Source: Octopus sinensis
Taxonomy: Eukaryota
Assembly (NCBI RefSeq): GCF_006345805.1
Contig: NC_043002.1
Location: 4,402,001 to 4,466,000, forward strand
Length of the DNA: 64,000 nt
Reading direction: 5' to 3'
The position numbers and the translations under genes are program-made. Below the pieces are notes generated by a model that ran no database searches, was not told the origin of the DNA, and saw only the letters and a list, made by a program, of their open reading frames with translations. Shown piece after piece: positions 26,888 through 40,082 of this stretch (position 1 is its first letter; each line of letters begins with the position of its first letter).

Positions 26888-27266
26888 TCTTTATATATAA
26901 AAGAGAGGTTGTGTGAGTGTCTGTCTCCTACGATTTAGATTCCTAACTACTCCCACATTTTGCGGTGCAGTTTAACCAAAACCGGGTATCTTATAGTCGT
27001 GATTCATATCGAGCCCTTCTGGGTATTAGCGCGCGTCTACGATGAGTCTACGATTTAAAAAAAAAATTTACCATCAATTTTTCCCATTTTTAATGCATTT
27101 TTGGCATATATAAGGGAAGTAACTCTCTAAAAATTTATTATTAAATCTCAGAATGTAAAAAGCTACAGTAACACCCCCCTTTGTGGTTTAGCCATATTGA
27201 GATGGCTATTATACTTTACATCTCTAAAAATGCTTATATAGTTATTTCCCTTACAAACCCGAGCAA
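26888..27266 (+). mobile_element. Non-autonomous Helitron, 3'-truncated
   Basis: Starts A|TCTTTATATATAAAAG and is the reverse complement of 25368-25734. It stops mid-hairpin (cccgagcaa) without CTAG. Confidence 0.88.
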
Positions 27267-28031
27267 GTTATATTATATTAATAGTTCATTGATTAGTATA
27301 TCATTAGTTGAGATCATGAAACACTTTGCAAGAAGAAAATCAGTTCTAGAAATGATGTTTCCCCAGCACAACATCGTAAGCGAGCTTACTAGAAGTGTAT
27401 ATTATATGAAGCATCTTATATTGTTTAGAGTTACTGCCTTCCGTTTGAGTCTAAGTTATATAACTTTACTAATTGATAAATCTCAGCTCCATCATAGAAG
27501 CCCATAATCACATCAAACGATCCACCATGTTCGTCTGAAAAAACCCTCTTCAATAAATTTAATAAATTTAATAAATTTAATAAAGATTGCTTGTCACGTC
27601 TAATAATATTCAGTTTAAAATCACAAACGGAAATAAAAATTCTTTCGAAACACTAACCAATTGAAAAGACGAGGCGATTAGAATTAGACGGCTAAATTTC
27701 AAGTATGTCAGACTGGGTGAATTTGCAATTAATTTTATTGCCTATATAATTTAACCATTTTTATTGCCTATATGGTTTAACACCAACGCTATTTTTCCAT
27801 AAGAACAAATTAGGGGACTGAGTATTATTTTTCTATAATTAATTTAAAATTATTTTTATTAACTACACTCACTCCACTTTCTGCCGGTTAATAAGTTTAA
27901 ATAAGGTCAGCTTGAATATTATCCTTATGATCTTTAAACGTTTGTGTAATGTTAAACGTTTTCAAAAAGTGTATACATTAATCTTCATTTCTCTGTACCA
28001 CATTACTCGTAGACGTTGACTTCGACTCGAG

Positions 28032-28264
28032 AGCGGCGAGCTGGCAGAAACGCTAGCACGCCGGGCGAAATGCGTAGCCGAATTTCGTCTGCCGTTACGT
28101 TCTGAGTTCAAATTCTGCCGAGGTCGACTTTGCCTTTCACCCTTTCGAGGTCGATTAAATAAGTACCAGTTACGCACTGATCGATGTAATGGACTTCATC
28201 CCTTTGTCTGTTCTTGTTTGTCCACTCTATGTTTAGCCCCTTGTAGGTAATAAAGAAATAGGTA
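28032..28264 (+). mobile_element. SINE family B monomer
   Basis: gcggcgagctggcagaaacg ... aaagaaataggtat. Confidence 0.92.
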
Positions 28265-28557
28265 TGTCCTTTCATTGTAGTTTTCTGGCTAAGGTCTCGG
28301 ATCGGCTGCATTGTTTGCCAGTACCCGTGCAGGATATTTTTACAAGTCACCACTCGTGATGATGGCCATTGACTCCCACTGAGGTCATTCAGCATTTGAC
28401 AGGTCTTGTTTTTAGTCCTACAGAGTGTTCACAACATCTTCCTTAAATGGCACAGTCCAGGTAGGGGAGCCAGTTTAGTCGCTGACCACCCGACCATGAA
28501 ACAGGTAGTATTGGGTTATCTGGTACCAGTAAAGGGATTTTTCTGGCCTGACCTGGG
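28265..28557 (-). mobile_element. 5' fragment of an RTE-related element, homologous to 44552-44800
   Basis: Minus strand acctgtttcatggtcgggtggtcagcgactaaac and aaaaacaagacctgtcaaa match 44606-44634 and 44692-44710. Confidence 0.65.
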
Positions 28558-29216
28558 TATACATTCATTCATTCATTCATTCATTCATTCATTCATTCAT
28601 TCATTCATACATACATACATACATACATACATGCATGCATGCATGCATGCATACATACATACATACATACATACATACATACATACATACATGATATTGC
28701 TCTGTGGGACAGGGAACAAAAATCCAGCACTGTTGTAGAGGTAAGCTGCTCAGCATCTTTGAATGTACAATGAAAAGTGCAGGAAAAAGAGAACATTTAT
28801 GGCGAATAAATGTGGAACATATAGCTCATGTACTCTGACTATGAATTCAGTTTGATTATGTACCAACGAATTTGCACAAAAACCTAAAAAATAATCAGTT
28901 TCGCAGAAAACGAGCAAAAGAAATTAACACGGATTCTCCAAATCCATTCTATTTGTGTCACAATGAAGAATTGTAAGACATTCCAAAGATTCTCCATCTA
29001 AGATTCTAATGTGAATAAAGGTATACACTTGGGTGTATGCGTCGACACTTCAACCAACACACCGACTCAAACACCAGGAACTCTCTTAACTTAAAATATC
29101 CAGTTGCTTTCTTAGGAACCGGCTTGAACTCTCTCAAGAATGTAAATAAAACTCAAAGAAAAACATACATACATACATACACACATACAAATATATATGT
29201 ATACATACGTATATAC

Positions 29217-29268
<52 letters not shown>

Positions 29269-29273
29269 ATGTG

Positions 29274-29305
<32 letters not shown>

Positions 29306-29325
29306 ATATATTGTATGTGTATATA

Positions 29326-29376
<51 letters not shown>

Positions 29377-29709
29377 GTATACATATATACATACATATAT
29401 ACATATATATATACACACAGACTCATATATACACACGCACATGTACTCTTTAGAAAACGCAAAAAGGACAAAGATTTTTGTTACCATACAGCAAATAAAC
29501 AAAGGTACAAAGGACTGAGAACCATAAGCAGAAATTTCCCATCTACATCAGTTAGTTTCATGTTGTACTAATTTCATGGTTTTTAAGATGGATCCTATAT
29601 AAAGAAAAATACAAAACTGTTTCATTTTTTGAGCCGACTGCCTAAAATCAGTAAAACATGAAACTATATCCGTTGTAAAGAAAATTTATGACCTACCCTA
29701 CAGCCTTAT

Positions 29710-30049
29710 GAAAGAACCCCCTACCCCCATAAATGACCATGGGATTGCACCTAGAAAGTTCCCCTCCGAGGTACAAGTCCGGGCAAGGTTATTTATGGAA
29801 GACCAGCAGTCAGCCTTGCATACCAGCCTCACCTCTCCATGCACCAATGTTATCCAACGAAAAGGCAAAGGGGCCGATGCAGCTTGACACCAGTGGTGTC
29901 ACAACTCATTTCTACAGCTGAGTGAAGTGGAGCAATGTGAAATAAAGTGTCTTGCTCAAGAACACAATACACAGCCTGGTCCTGAAATCGAACTCACTAC
30001 CTCGTGATTCTGAGTCCGGCGCTCCAACCATTGAACCATGTGCCTTCAC
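29710..30049 (-). mobile_element. tRNA-derived SINE type C (CTTGAGCAAGACAC core, distinct 3' tail)
   Basis: Sense head tggttcaatggtt...gagttcgatttc and core cttgagcaagacactttatttcac. Probable 10-bp TSD acagccttat at 29700-29709 and 30050-30059. Confidence 0.75.
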
Positions 30050-30821
30050 ACAGCCTTATACTGAATGCTTTATGTCTCAGTATTTACACTGCTGCTCGAT
30101 GTCTGTGGGGCTAGAGAAAAGGTGTCTGTCAGAGTCTGTATTCAAAAAAAGATGGATGCGTGTAGCACGGATGCTAGGTGTGAAAGGCCCTGCATGAACA
30201 CGCCATGATCACCTACCAAAAGGTTTCAGTTGAAATAGCAGGGCTCGTGGGGCCGGCTATCCTGTTCTTTTGACTTCATTTGTCTCTTTTGTTTGTTTGT
30301 TCTTATTTAATTTCATTTTCATTTTCATTGTAATTTCATCTCACTGTAAATAACCCATCCGATTTTCATTGTAAAAAGTTCCATTTTTGACCCCAAACTA
30401 ATGTATTGTCCCCATCTGTGTTAATCCTTATGGATAATAAAGAAATTGTATTTCCATGTATTTATATGCGTGAGAGAGATGGATGTTTATGACTTAGAAT
30501 TTCTTAAAGTTAGAGAACAACAAACCCTCTTGAAGTGGTTATGTATTTATGCAGACATATATATTCACTTAACACGGAATTCCATGCAACAATATTTCAC
30601 CAACATGCCATCCAACAAATTCGTTTCGCTTTAGAATTTCTTCGATAATTTCCCAAAGAGCTAAGCACTAGGCTCGGTATATGTGTATATGAGTGTATAT
30701 GAATGTATTTGAATGTGCACGCGCGCGTGTATGTGTGTGCGTATGTGTGAGTGAGTGCGCTTGCGTGTGTGTGTAAATATGATGTGTATGAACATGTGTA
30801 TTTACATATGGCTGAAACATT

Positions 30822-31051
30822 CTTATTTCTTTACTGCCCACAAGGGGTTAAACATAGAGGGGTCAAACAAGGACAGACAAAGGGATTAAGTCGATTAGAT
30901 CGACCTCAGTGGTTATTTGATACTTAATTTATCGATCCAGAAAGGATGAAAGGCAAAGTCGACCGCGGCAGAATTTGAACTCAGAACATAACGGCAGACG
31001 AAATACGGCTACACATTTCGCCCGGCGTGCTAACGCTTCTGCCAGCTCGCC
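30822..31051 (-). mobile_element. SINE family B monomer
   Basis: Aligns to 15753-15981. Confidence 0.9.
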
Positions 31052-31369
31052 CGGTTACGACGACGAGTGCTCAAGTTGATTCATTCGGTCAACTGAACAG
31101 CCTGCTCGTGAAGGAAATTAACGTACATGTGACTGAGCCCTCTGCAGACACGAGTGCCCTTAACGTTGTCCTCAGGGAGATTCAGCGTGACACCCGAATG
31201 TAACAAGGCCGACCCATTGAACTACAAGTACAACTAATTTTTGCTGGATGAGTGGACTGCAGCGACAGAAAGTAGTGTGTCTTGCTCAAGGTCTCAACGC
31301 GCCATCGGGAATCGAACTCAGGGTCTTACGATCATAAGCCTAATACACTAAACACTATGTCACGCGCCG
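31052..31369 (-). mobile_element. tRNA-derived SINE type D (core like type C, tail like type E)
   Basis: gagttcgattccc B box, cttgagcaagacac core, and tail cacgagcaggctgttc...ctcgtcgtcgtaacc shared with 45443-45825. Confidence 0.78.
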
Positions 31370-31383
31370 GTATATATTATATA

Positions 31384-31803
31384 CCTATATATTTCTTTAC
31401 TACCCACAAGGGGCTAAACATAGAGTGGATAAACAAGGACAGACATAGTTATTAAGTCGATGACATCGACCCCAGCGCATAACTGGTACTTAATTTATCG
31501 ACCCCGAAAGGATGAAAGGCAAAGTCGACCTCGGCGGAATTCACTCAGAACGTAACAGCAGACGAAATACCTATTTCTTTATTACCCACAGGGGGGTAAA
31601 CATAGAGGGGACAAACAAGGACAGACAAACGAATCAAGTCGATTACATCGACCTCAGTGCGTAACTGGTACTTAATTTATCAATCCCGAAAGGATGAAAG
31701 GTAAAGTCGACCTCGGCGGAATTTGAACTCAGAATGTAACGGCAGACGAAATACGGCGACGCATTTCGCCCGGCGTTCTAACATTTCTGCAAGCTCGCCG
31801 CCT
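31384..31803 (-). mobile_element. Dimer array of SINE family B
   Basis: Junction gacgaaatacctatttcttt at ~31561-31580. Confidence 0.9.
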
Positions 31804-33240
31804 TATATATATAATATATACCTATAATTTATAGTGTGTCCTCAACATACACTCATTCTATAAACACGCACACATAAAAAGAAACTGACACACGCGGATA
31901 CATGAATCAGAAACAATCGAGCGGAGCATTTCAAAGACGAAGCCGCCGTAATATTCCAGCCAAATCACAGGTTCTATAATTACAGGTAAACTCACAGTCG
32001 CAGATCGAAGCTTAAACACATATATACACATATTCATACATTCACAATTACATATACACACAAACTGACACACAGGCCACATGTAGGCACATTGCAAGAA
32101 CATACATACGGAAACACAAGCATACACATATAAACTCACATATGCATACACTCGTATACACGCACACATGCATGCATACACGCAGGCATACCCACACGCG
32201 CGCATAAATACTCAACGTTGGCCGCTGTTTGCAAAGTAAATATATATCCTCCCACGCTAACTACTTGTGAAGTTTGATGGACACATATAGCGTCCTCGTG
32301 TTTTCCAGGTAAATACACACACGTTCTCACGCATAGAAATAAACATATACATACATATACACATGGACACATCTGCGTATGTATGTCTGTATGTATGTAT
32401 GTATGTATATGTAAAGAGTGTGTGTGCTTGTGTGTGCGTGAGTGTGTGCACATGTGTGTATGAGAGAGGGAGAAAGAGAGAGAGAGAGAGAGAGAGATAG
32501 ATGAAGAAGATAGCAGGTTCTTAATGTTGACCCCAGCACAAGGCGCAATTTTGTATGTATGTATGAAAAGATGGATGTATGGATGCACGCATACACACGC
32601 ACACAATTATATATATTTATATGCAAATGTATATACACACACACATACATACACACACATACACACACACACACATATATATATCCATGTGTACACATAT
32701 AGAAATGTATTCTATTTTCAAATACACATGCATATATATAGATGTATATATGTATAATATACATATATACATTGTATATATATTTATATGTATGTAGGTA
32801 TGTACGTATGGGTGGGTGTATATCTTTAAGCACACAGTGTTTAATAACGTCATTACCAGCTCTTAAGCGAGCTGGCAATTTCCCAATTAATCTCTAATCA
32901 CATTGGCCTATAATCTCATTGTTGTGATTGTAACACATTGTATGTAGAAGGGACGTGCGGCGTGGAAGGGCCGGGTGGGGGGTTAGATGGTGTGAAGGGT
33001 CTGAGGTCGGTGGCGAGCAATACGGTAGTCTGTGGCGACTGCTGGGTGGCGGGGATTGGTACCATTGGTCGTATTGGTAGTTTTGTAGCGGTACGTAGCA
33101 CTAGGCTGATGGCTGGTGACGGGGCTGATGGCGGCGATGGTTGCGGCGATCTTAACGAGGGCGGGGCGCAGGAATTGTGTTAGTGGTGATGTTACCGTTG
33201 TGTAAAGATGAAAAGCGGAGATGCTATGCCATATTATTAA

Positions 33241-33311
<71 letters not shown>

Positions 33312-33338
33312 TATTATTATTATATTATTATTATTATT

Positions 33339-34467
33339 CAGTAGTTTTATTTTTATATCGTGCTTTCACTTCACTACCGAGCGCAGCTCTGTGTGCCTTG
33401 GGTATGTGCTGTGATTTGTTGTAATGCTCTGATGGTTATTGTATGGAAAGTGTTCTGCGTAGGATGTGTCCAGTGCCTAGTAGTGCAATTTTCTGTATGT
33501 TATATGTGTTTGTAAGTCCTGGTGTTTTGTTACGTATTTGTCTGAATATTTTTTTATCATGCCTAATGCACCTACTATGATAGGAATTGTTTCTGTTTTC
33601 AGGTTCCACATTCTAGTTACCTCTATTTCCAGGTCTTTGTATTTTGAGAGTTTCTCCATTTCTTTTAGAAACACGTTGTCATCTGCCGGTATTGATACAT
33701 CAATTAGAAAGCATTTTTTTCCTTCATGATCTTTGACAACTATATCTGGTCTGTTGGCCTTAATTTCTCTATCTGTGTGTATCGGCATATCCCAGAGTAT
33801 GGTTGCTTTCTCGTTTTCTGTGACCTTTTCTGGTGTGTGCCTATACCATCTTTTTTCTGTTGTTATTCCATAATGTTGGCATAGCTTCCAATGTATGTAG
33901 GTTCCAACTCTGTCATGTCTGTGAATATATTCCTTCTTAGCCAGGACTGGGCAGCTAGAGATAATATGATTTATTGTTTCTTGTCCATCTCCACATATTC
34001 TGCAGTTACTTGTAATATTTCTTTTCATTACATGTTTTTGGTAATTTCTGGTGGGGAGGCTTTGGTCTTGTGCTGCAATTAAAAATCCCTCTGTTTCTGC
34101 TTTGAGTCCTGAGCTTCTCAACCATTGCTGGATTTTTCTTTGTCTATTTCTTTTGCGTTTAGTTTAGTGCAGTATTTACCATGAAGGGGCTTTTCTTGCC
34201 ATCGTTTTATCATGGCTCGTTGCTGTTCTATTTTTAGCTTGGATTCATTTGTTTTATAGCTTTTGTTGTTTCTTCATCCTCTTCTTCTTCTTCTTTGTGT
34301 TTATTAGGTGGTATGATTTCTTGTTTGTATTTGTCAGCTTCCTTAAATACTGAGAACAGTTTTTTGTTTTGCTCGTGTTTTGCTGCTATCTGGATCAGTT
34401 TTCCTTCCTTCTGAAGTAGGTATTTTTGCTGTCCTATGGTGGTTATTTTATAGTAGTTTTCCAGCTG
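33339..34467 (-). mobile_element. R4/Dong-clade RLE LINE 3' fragment (copy 1)
   Basis: ORF 33477-34121 has GLKAETEGFLIAAQDQSLPTRNY, CCHC finger CRICGDGQETINHIISSC, RHD and PD-(D/E)xK RPD..LIDV..KLSKY. The 3' end runs straight into (AAT)n. Confidence 0.92.
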
Positions 34468-34512
34468 TTATTATTATTATTATATTATTATTATTATTTA
34501 TTATTATTATTA

Positions 34513-34553
<41 letters not shown>

Positions 34554-34625
34554 TATTATATTATTATTATTATTATTATTAATTATTATTATCATCATCA
34601 TCATTATTAATTATTATTATCATCA

Positions 34626-34664
<39 letters not shown>

Positions 34665-34740
34665 TATTATTATTATTAAAATTATTATTATATTATTATT
34701 ATTATTATAAATCATCCTTATTATTATTATTATTATTATT

Positions 34741-35524
34741 CAGTAGTTTTATTTTTATAGCGTGCTTTCACTTCACTACCGAGCGCAGCTCTGTGTGCCT
34801 TGGGTATGTGCTGTGATTTGTTGTGATGCTCTGATGGTTATTGTATGGAAAGTGTTCTGCGTAGGATGTGTCCAGTGCCTAGTAGTGCAATTTTCTGTAT
34901 GTTATATGTGTTTGTAAGTCCTGGTGTTTTTGTTATGTATTTGTCTGAATATTTTTTTATCATGCCTAATGCACCTACTATGATAGGAATTGCTTCTGTT
35001 TTTAGATTCCACATTCTGGTTACCTCTATTTCCAGGTCTTTGTATTTTGAGAGTTTCTCCATTTCTTTTAGAGACACGTTGTCATCAGCCGGTATTGATA
35101 CATCAATTAGAAAGCATTTTTTTTCCTTCATGATCTTTGACAACTTTATCTGTCTGTTGGCCTTATTTCTCTATCTGTGTGTATCGGCATATCCCAGAGT
35201 ATGGTTGCTTTCTCGTTTTCTGTGACCTTTTCTGGTTTGTGCCTATACCATCTTTTTTCTGTTGTTATTCCATAATGTTGGCATAGTTTCCAGTGTATAT
35301 AGGTCCCAACTCTGTCGTGTCTGTGAATATATTCCTTCTTAGCCAGGACTGGGCAGCCAGAGGTAATATGATTTATTGTTTCTTGTCCATCTCCACATAT
35401 TCTGCAGTTACTTGTTATATTTCTTTTCATTACTGTTTTTGGTAATTTCTGGTGGGGAGGCTTTGATCTTGTGCTGCAATTAAAAATCCCTCTGTTTCTG
35501 CTTTGAGTCCTGAGCTTCTCAAAC
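34741..35524 (-). mobile_element. R4/Dong-clade RLE LINE 3' fragment (copy 2, frameshifted)
   Basis: Near-identical to copy 3, with the same 5' breakpoint gagcttctcaaac|attatt. Confidence 0.92.
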
Positions 35525-35536
35525 ATTATTATTTTA

Positions 35537-35578
<42 letters not shown>

Positions 35579-35616
35579 GATTATTATTATTATTTATTAT
35601 TATTATTATATTATTA

Positions 35617-35690
<74 letters not shown>

Positions 35691-35727
35691 ATTATCATCA
35701 TCATCATTATTATTATTATTATCATCA

Positions 35728-35783
<56 letters not shown>

Positions 35784-35839
35784 AATTATTATTATTATTA
35801 TTATTATTATAAATCATCCTTATTATTATTATTATTATT

Positions 35840-36623
35840 CAGTAGTTTTATTTTTATAGCGTGCTTTCACTTCACTACCGAGCGCAGCTCTGTGTGCCTT
35901 GGGTATGTGCTGTGATTTGTTGTGATGCTCTGATGGTTTTGTATGGAAAGTGTTCTGCGTAGGATGTGTCCAGTGCCTAGTAGTGCAATTTTCTGTATGT
36001 TATATGTGTTTGTAAGTCCTGGTGTTTTTGTTATGTATTTGTCTGAATATTTTTTTATCATGCCTAATGCACCTACTATGATAGGAATTGCTTCTGTTTT
36101 TAGATTCCACATTCTGGTTACCTCTATTTCCAGGTCTTTGTATTTTGAGAGTTTCTCCATTTCTTTTAGAGACACGTTGTCATCAGCCGGTATTGATACA
36201 TCAATTAGAAAGCATTTTTTTCCTTCATGATCTTTGACAACTTTATCTGGTCTGTTGGCCTTAATTTCTCTATCTGTGTGTATCGGCATATCCCAGAGTA
36301 TGGTTGCTTTCTCGTTTTCTGTGACCTTTTCTGGTTTGTGCCTATACCATCTTTTTTCTGTTGTTATTCCATAATGTTGGCATAGTTTCCAGTGTATATA
36401 GGTCCCAACTCTGTCGTGTCTGTGAATATATTCCTTCTTAGCCAGGACTGGGCAGCCAGAGGTAATATGATTTATTGTTTCTTGTCCATCTCCACATATT
36501 CTGCAGTTACTTGTTATATTTCTTTTCATTACATGTTTTTGGTAATTTCTGGTGGGGAGGCTTTGATCTTGTGCTGCAATTAAAAATCCCTCTGTTTCTG
36601 CTTTGAGTCCTGAGCTTCTCAAA

Positions 36624-36624
<1 letters not shown>
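35840..36624 (-). mobile_element. R4/Dong-clade RLE LINE 3' fragment (copy 3, open frame)
   Basis: ORF 35867-36622 has CCHC + RHD + PD-(D/E)xK endonuclease, ending QKIALLGTGHILRRTL. Confidence 0.92.
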
Positions 36625-36679
<55 letters not shown>

Positions 36680-36725
36680 TATTATTATTATTATTATTAT
36701 TACTATGATTATTATTATTACTATG

Positions 36726-36776
<51 letters not shown>

Positions 36777-36887
36777 GTTGTTGTTATTATTCTTCTTCTT
36801 ATTATTATTACTAATATTATTATTATTATTATTATTATTATTGTTGTTGTTGTTGTTGTTGTTATTATTATTATTATTATTACTATG

Positions 36888-36930
<43 letters not shown>

Positions 36931-36993
36931 ATTATTGTTGTTGTTGTTGTCGTTGTTATTATTATTGTTATTATTATTGTTGTTGTGTTGTTG

Positions 36994-37028
<35 letters not shown>

Positions 37029-37330
37029 GTTATTGTTATTATTATTATTATTATTATTGTTGTTGTTGCTGTTGCTGTTGTTGATGGTGATGATGTTGTC
37101 ATCGTCATCGTCGTCGTCATCAGTGTTGCTGTTGGCGGAATCAGTGATGGTGGTTACGGCCTGTTAAATTAGCAGATTGAGTGGTTTGGTAGTGTGGTCA
37201 TGGTGGCGGGGAAGATACAATGTTTTTGTACAAAAACTTGAAAGAGCGATTGATTGGTGTTGATGGCGATGGTAGTGATGATTGGTGAAGGTGGTGGTAA
37301 TGACGGCGGCGGCGGAGGTTCTTTAGTTTA

Positions 37331-38091
37331 CCTATTTCTTTACTACCCACAAGGGGCTAAACACAGAGAGGACAAACAAGGACAGACAAACGGATTAAGT
37401 CGATTATATCGACCTCAGTGCGTAACTGGTACTTATTTAATCGACCCCGAAAGGATGAAAGGCAAAGTCGACCACGGCGGAATTTGAACTCAGAACGTAA
37501 CGGCAGACGAAATACCTATTTCTTTACTACCCACAAGGGGCTAAACATAGAGGGGACAAACACGGACAGGCAAACGGATTAAGTCGATTATATCGACCCC
37601 AGTGCGTAAATGGTACTTATTTAATCGACCCCGAAAGGATGAAAGGCAAAGTCGACCTCGGCGGAATTTGAACTCAGAACGTAACGGCAGACGAAATACC
37701 TATTTCTTTACTACCCACAAGGGGCTAAACACAGAGGGGACAAACACAGACAGACAAGCGGATTAAGTCGATTACATCGACCCCAGTGCGTAAATGGTAC
37801 TTATTTAATCGACCCCGAAAGGATGAAAGGCAAAGTCGACCTCGGCGGAATTTGAACTCAGAACGTAACGGCAGACGAAATACCTATTTCTTTACTACCC
37901 ACAAGGGGCTAAACACAGAGGGGACAAACACGGACAGACAAACGGATTAAGTCGATTACATCGACCCCAGTGCCTAAATGGTACTTATTTAATCGACCCC
38001 GAAAGGATGAAAGGCAAAGTCGACCTCGGCGGAATTTGAACTCAGAACGTAACGGCTACGCATTTCGCCCGGCGTGCTAACGTTTCTGCCC
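37331..38091 (-). mobile_element. Tetramer array of SINE family B, period 184 bp
   Basis: cctatttctttactacccac at 37331, 37515, 37699 and 37883, with a single head at ~38050-38091. Confidence 0.95.
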
Positions 38092-38146
38092 GGTTAATGG
38101 TAGACATTGTGACAACGACCACAGAGAGGTTGAAGTAGACGGTATC

Positions 38147-38378
38147 AGCGGCGAGCTGGTAGAAACGTTAGCACGCCGGGCGAAATGCTTTGCGGCATTT
38201 CGTCAGCCGCTACGTTCTGAGTTCAAATTCCCACGAGGCCGACTTTGTCTTTCATCCTTTTGGAGTCGATTAAATAAGTACCAGTTACGCACAGGGGACG
38301 CTATAATCGACTTAATCCGTTTGTCCTTGTTTGTTCCCTCTGTGTTTAGCCCCTTGTGGGTAGTAAAGAAATAGGTAT
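38147..38378 (+). mobile_element. SINE family B monomer, head-to-head with the tetramer
   Basis: gcggcgagctggtagaaacg ... aaagaaataggtat, with ggtatca on both flanks. Confidence 0.9.
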
Positions 38379-38516
38379 CATCGACAACGTCTTAATACGG
38401 GAATGGTATGTTGGTAATGACGGTAGTCTTGGTAGAAGTGATTAGTACTGTTTGTAGGTTGCTTATCGTTGTTGTAGTGTAGCTCCAGGTCAGCTTGGCA
38501 TTGAGTAGACCTATCC

Positions 38517-38728
38517 TCTTTTACTCTTTTACTCCTTTACTTGTTTCAGTCATTTGACTGTGGCCATGCTGAAGCACCGCCTTTCGTCGAGCAAATCGAC
38601 CCCAGGACTTATTCTTCGTAAGCCTAGTACTTATTCTATCGATCTCTTTTGCCGAACCGCTAAGTTACGAGGACGTAAACACACCAGCATCGGTTGTCTA
38701 GCGATATTGGGGGACAAACACAGACACA

Positions 38729-38760
<32 letters not shown>
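38517..38760 (-). mobile_element. 3' half of SINE family A, ending at its internal (CA)n
   Basis: Tail and 3' body present, head absent. Confidence 0.88.
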
Positions 38761-38764
<4 letters not shown>

Positions 38765-38817
38765 GGTATGACAACGGGGTGGGTTTACTGATGTAGTATA
38801 ATTCTAACATTGGAAAT

Positions 38818-38859
<42 letters not shown>

Positions 38860-39353
38860 TGAGAGAGAGCCACACACAGACAGACAGAGACAAAGACAGA
38901 GACAGAGAGAGAGGGTGGAAGGGAGTGAGAGAGGGGGATAGAGAAAGAGGATGACTGTTAAAAGAGAAGAATTAAAGAGATAAAGCAAATAAAGAAAATC
39001 TCTCTCCCTCTCTCTCCTCCTCTCTCTCCCCACTCTCTCTCTCGCACACATACACACACACACAAACACAAACATACACATACACACACATCCAAATACA
39101 AATTGCCTTTGTTCTCGGGCAAAGTTATCATTGCTGTTGACATTGTTGTACACTCCACTGCTCTACCACCTCCAAACTACCACATCGGCGACAACGACCA
39201 TGACCACTACCACCAACACCAACAACCACCACCACCACCACCTCCACCACCACCACCACCACCTCCACCACCACCACCACCACCACAACCACCACCACTA
39301 CCACTAACACCACCACTACAACGCCACCAACAACGGTGTGGCTGCTGCTGCTG

Positions 39354-39404
<51 letters not shown>

Positions 39405-40082
39405 ATACTAATTCCATGGGAAAGAGAGGATTAAGCTATGGAAAAAAAAAGAATGATATAGACAGAGAGACAGAAAGATAGAGAGGCAAATGCAAAGGAG
39501 AAGTGTATGGAAAACTTGAGAAGAGAAAATGAGAAAAGGACAGAGAAAAGTAAAGAAAGAGATAAATAAGCAAGTATACAAAGTGAGAAAAAGTCAGTGA
39601 GACAGAAAGAGAGAGAGAGAGAGTGGGAAAGAGAAAGAGAGGGGGAGAGAGAGAGAAAGAGGGGAGAAAGAGAGAGAGAGTGATTCGGAGAGAGAGTTTT
39701 TTTAACAGAGGGAAAATAGAATGAAAGACAGAAAGAAAAGTCGAAGAAATTTTGAAATATATTTAAGTATTGATGTATGGAAGTGAAAGTGAAAGTGAAA
39801 GTGAAAATAGATGTTTTGCGGAGTGACAAGGTAGAGCAAAGAAGAGAGGAGGAAATACATGCATCTGTACACACACTCACACACATCACACATACGCGCA
39901 CACTCACACACATCACACATACACACACACGCACGCACACACATACATATATATACACACGCAAGCATATACAAAGAGAGAAAAAGAGAGAGAGAGAGAG
40001 AGAGAGATACATTGAAAGTGAGACATACAGGTAGGGAGAGTATTTGAAAATTGAATGTGAATAGAGTTTAAAAGATCGTTTA

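Larger units (their letters stand above)
33240..37080. repeat. (TAA/ATT)n microsatellite field hosting three LINE fragments
   Basis: ATT runs at ~33240-33338, 34468-34740, 35525-35839 and 36625-37080. Confidence 0.95.

Noticed and set aside
37331-38091. tRNA or 5S gene cluster
   Set aside because: The units are SINE bodies lacking the A box, and none folds as a complete tRNA.
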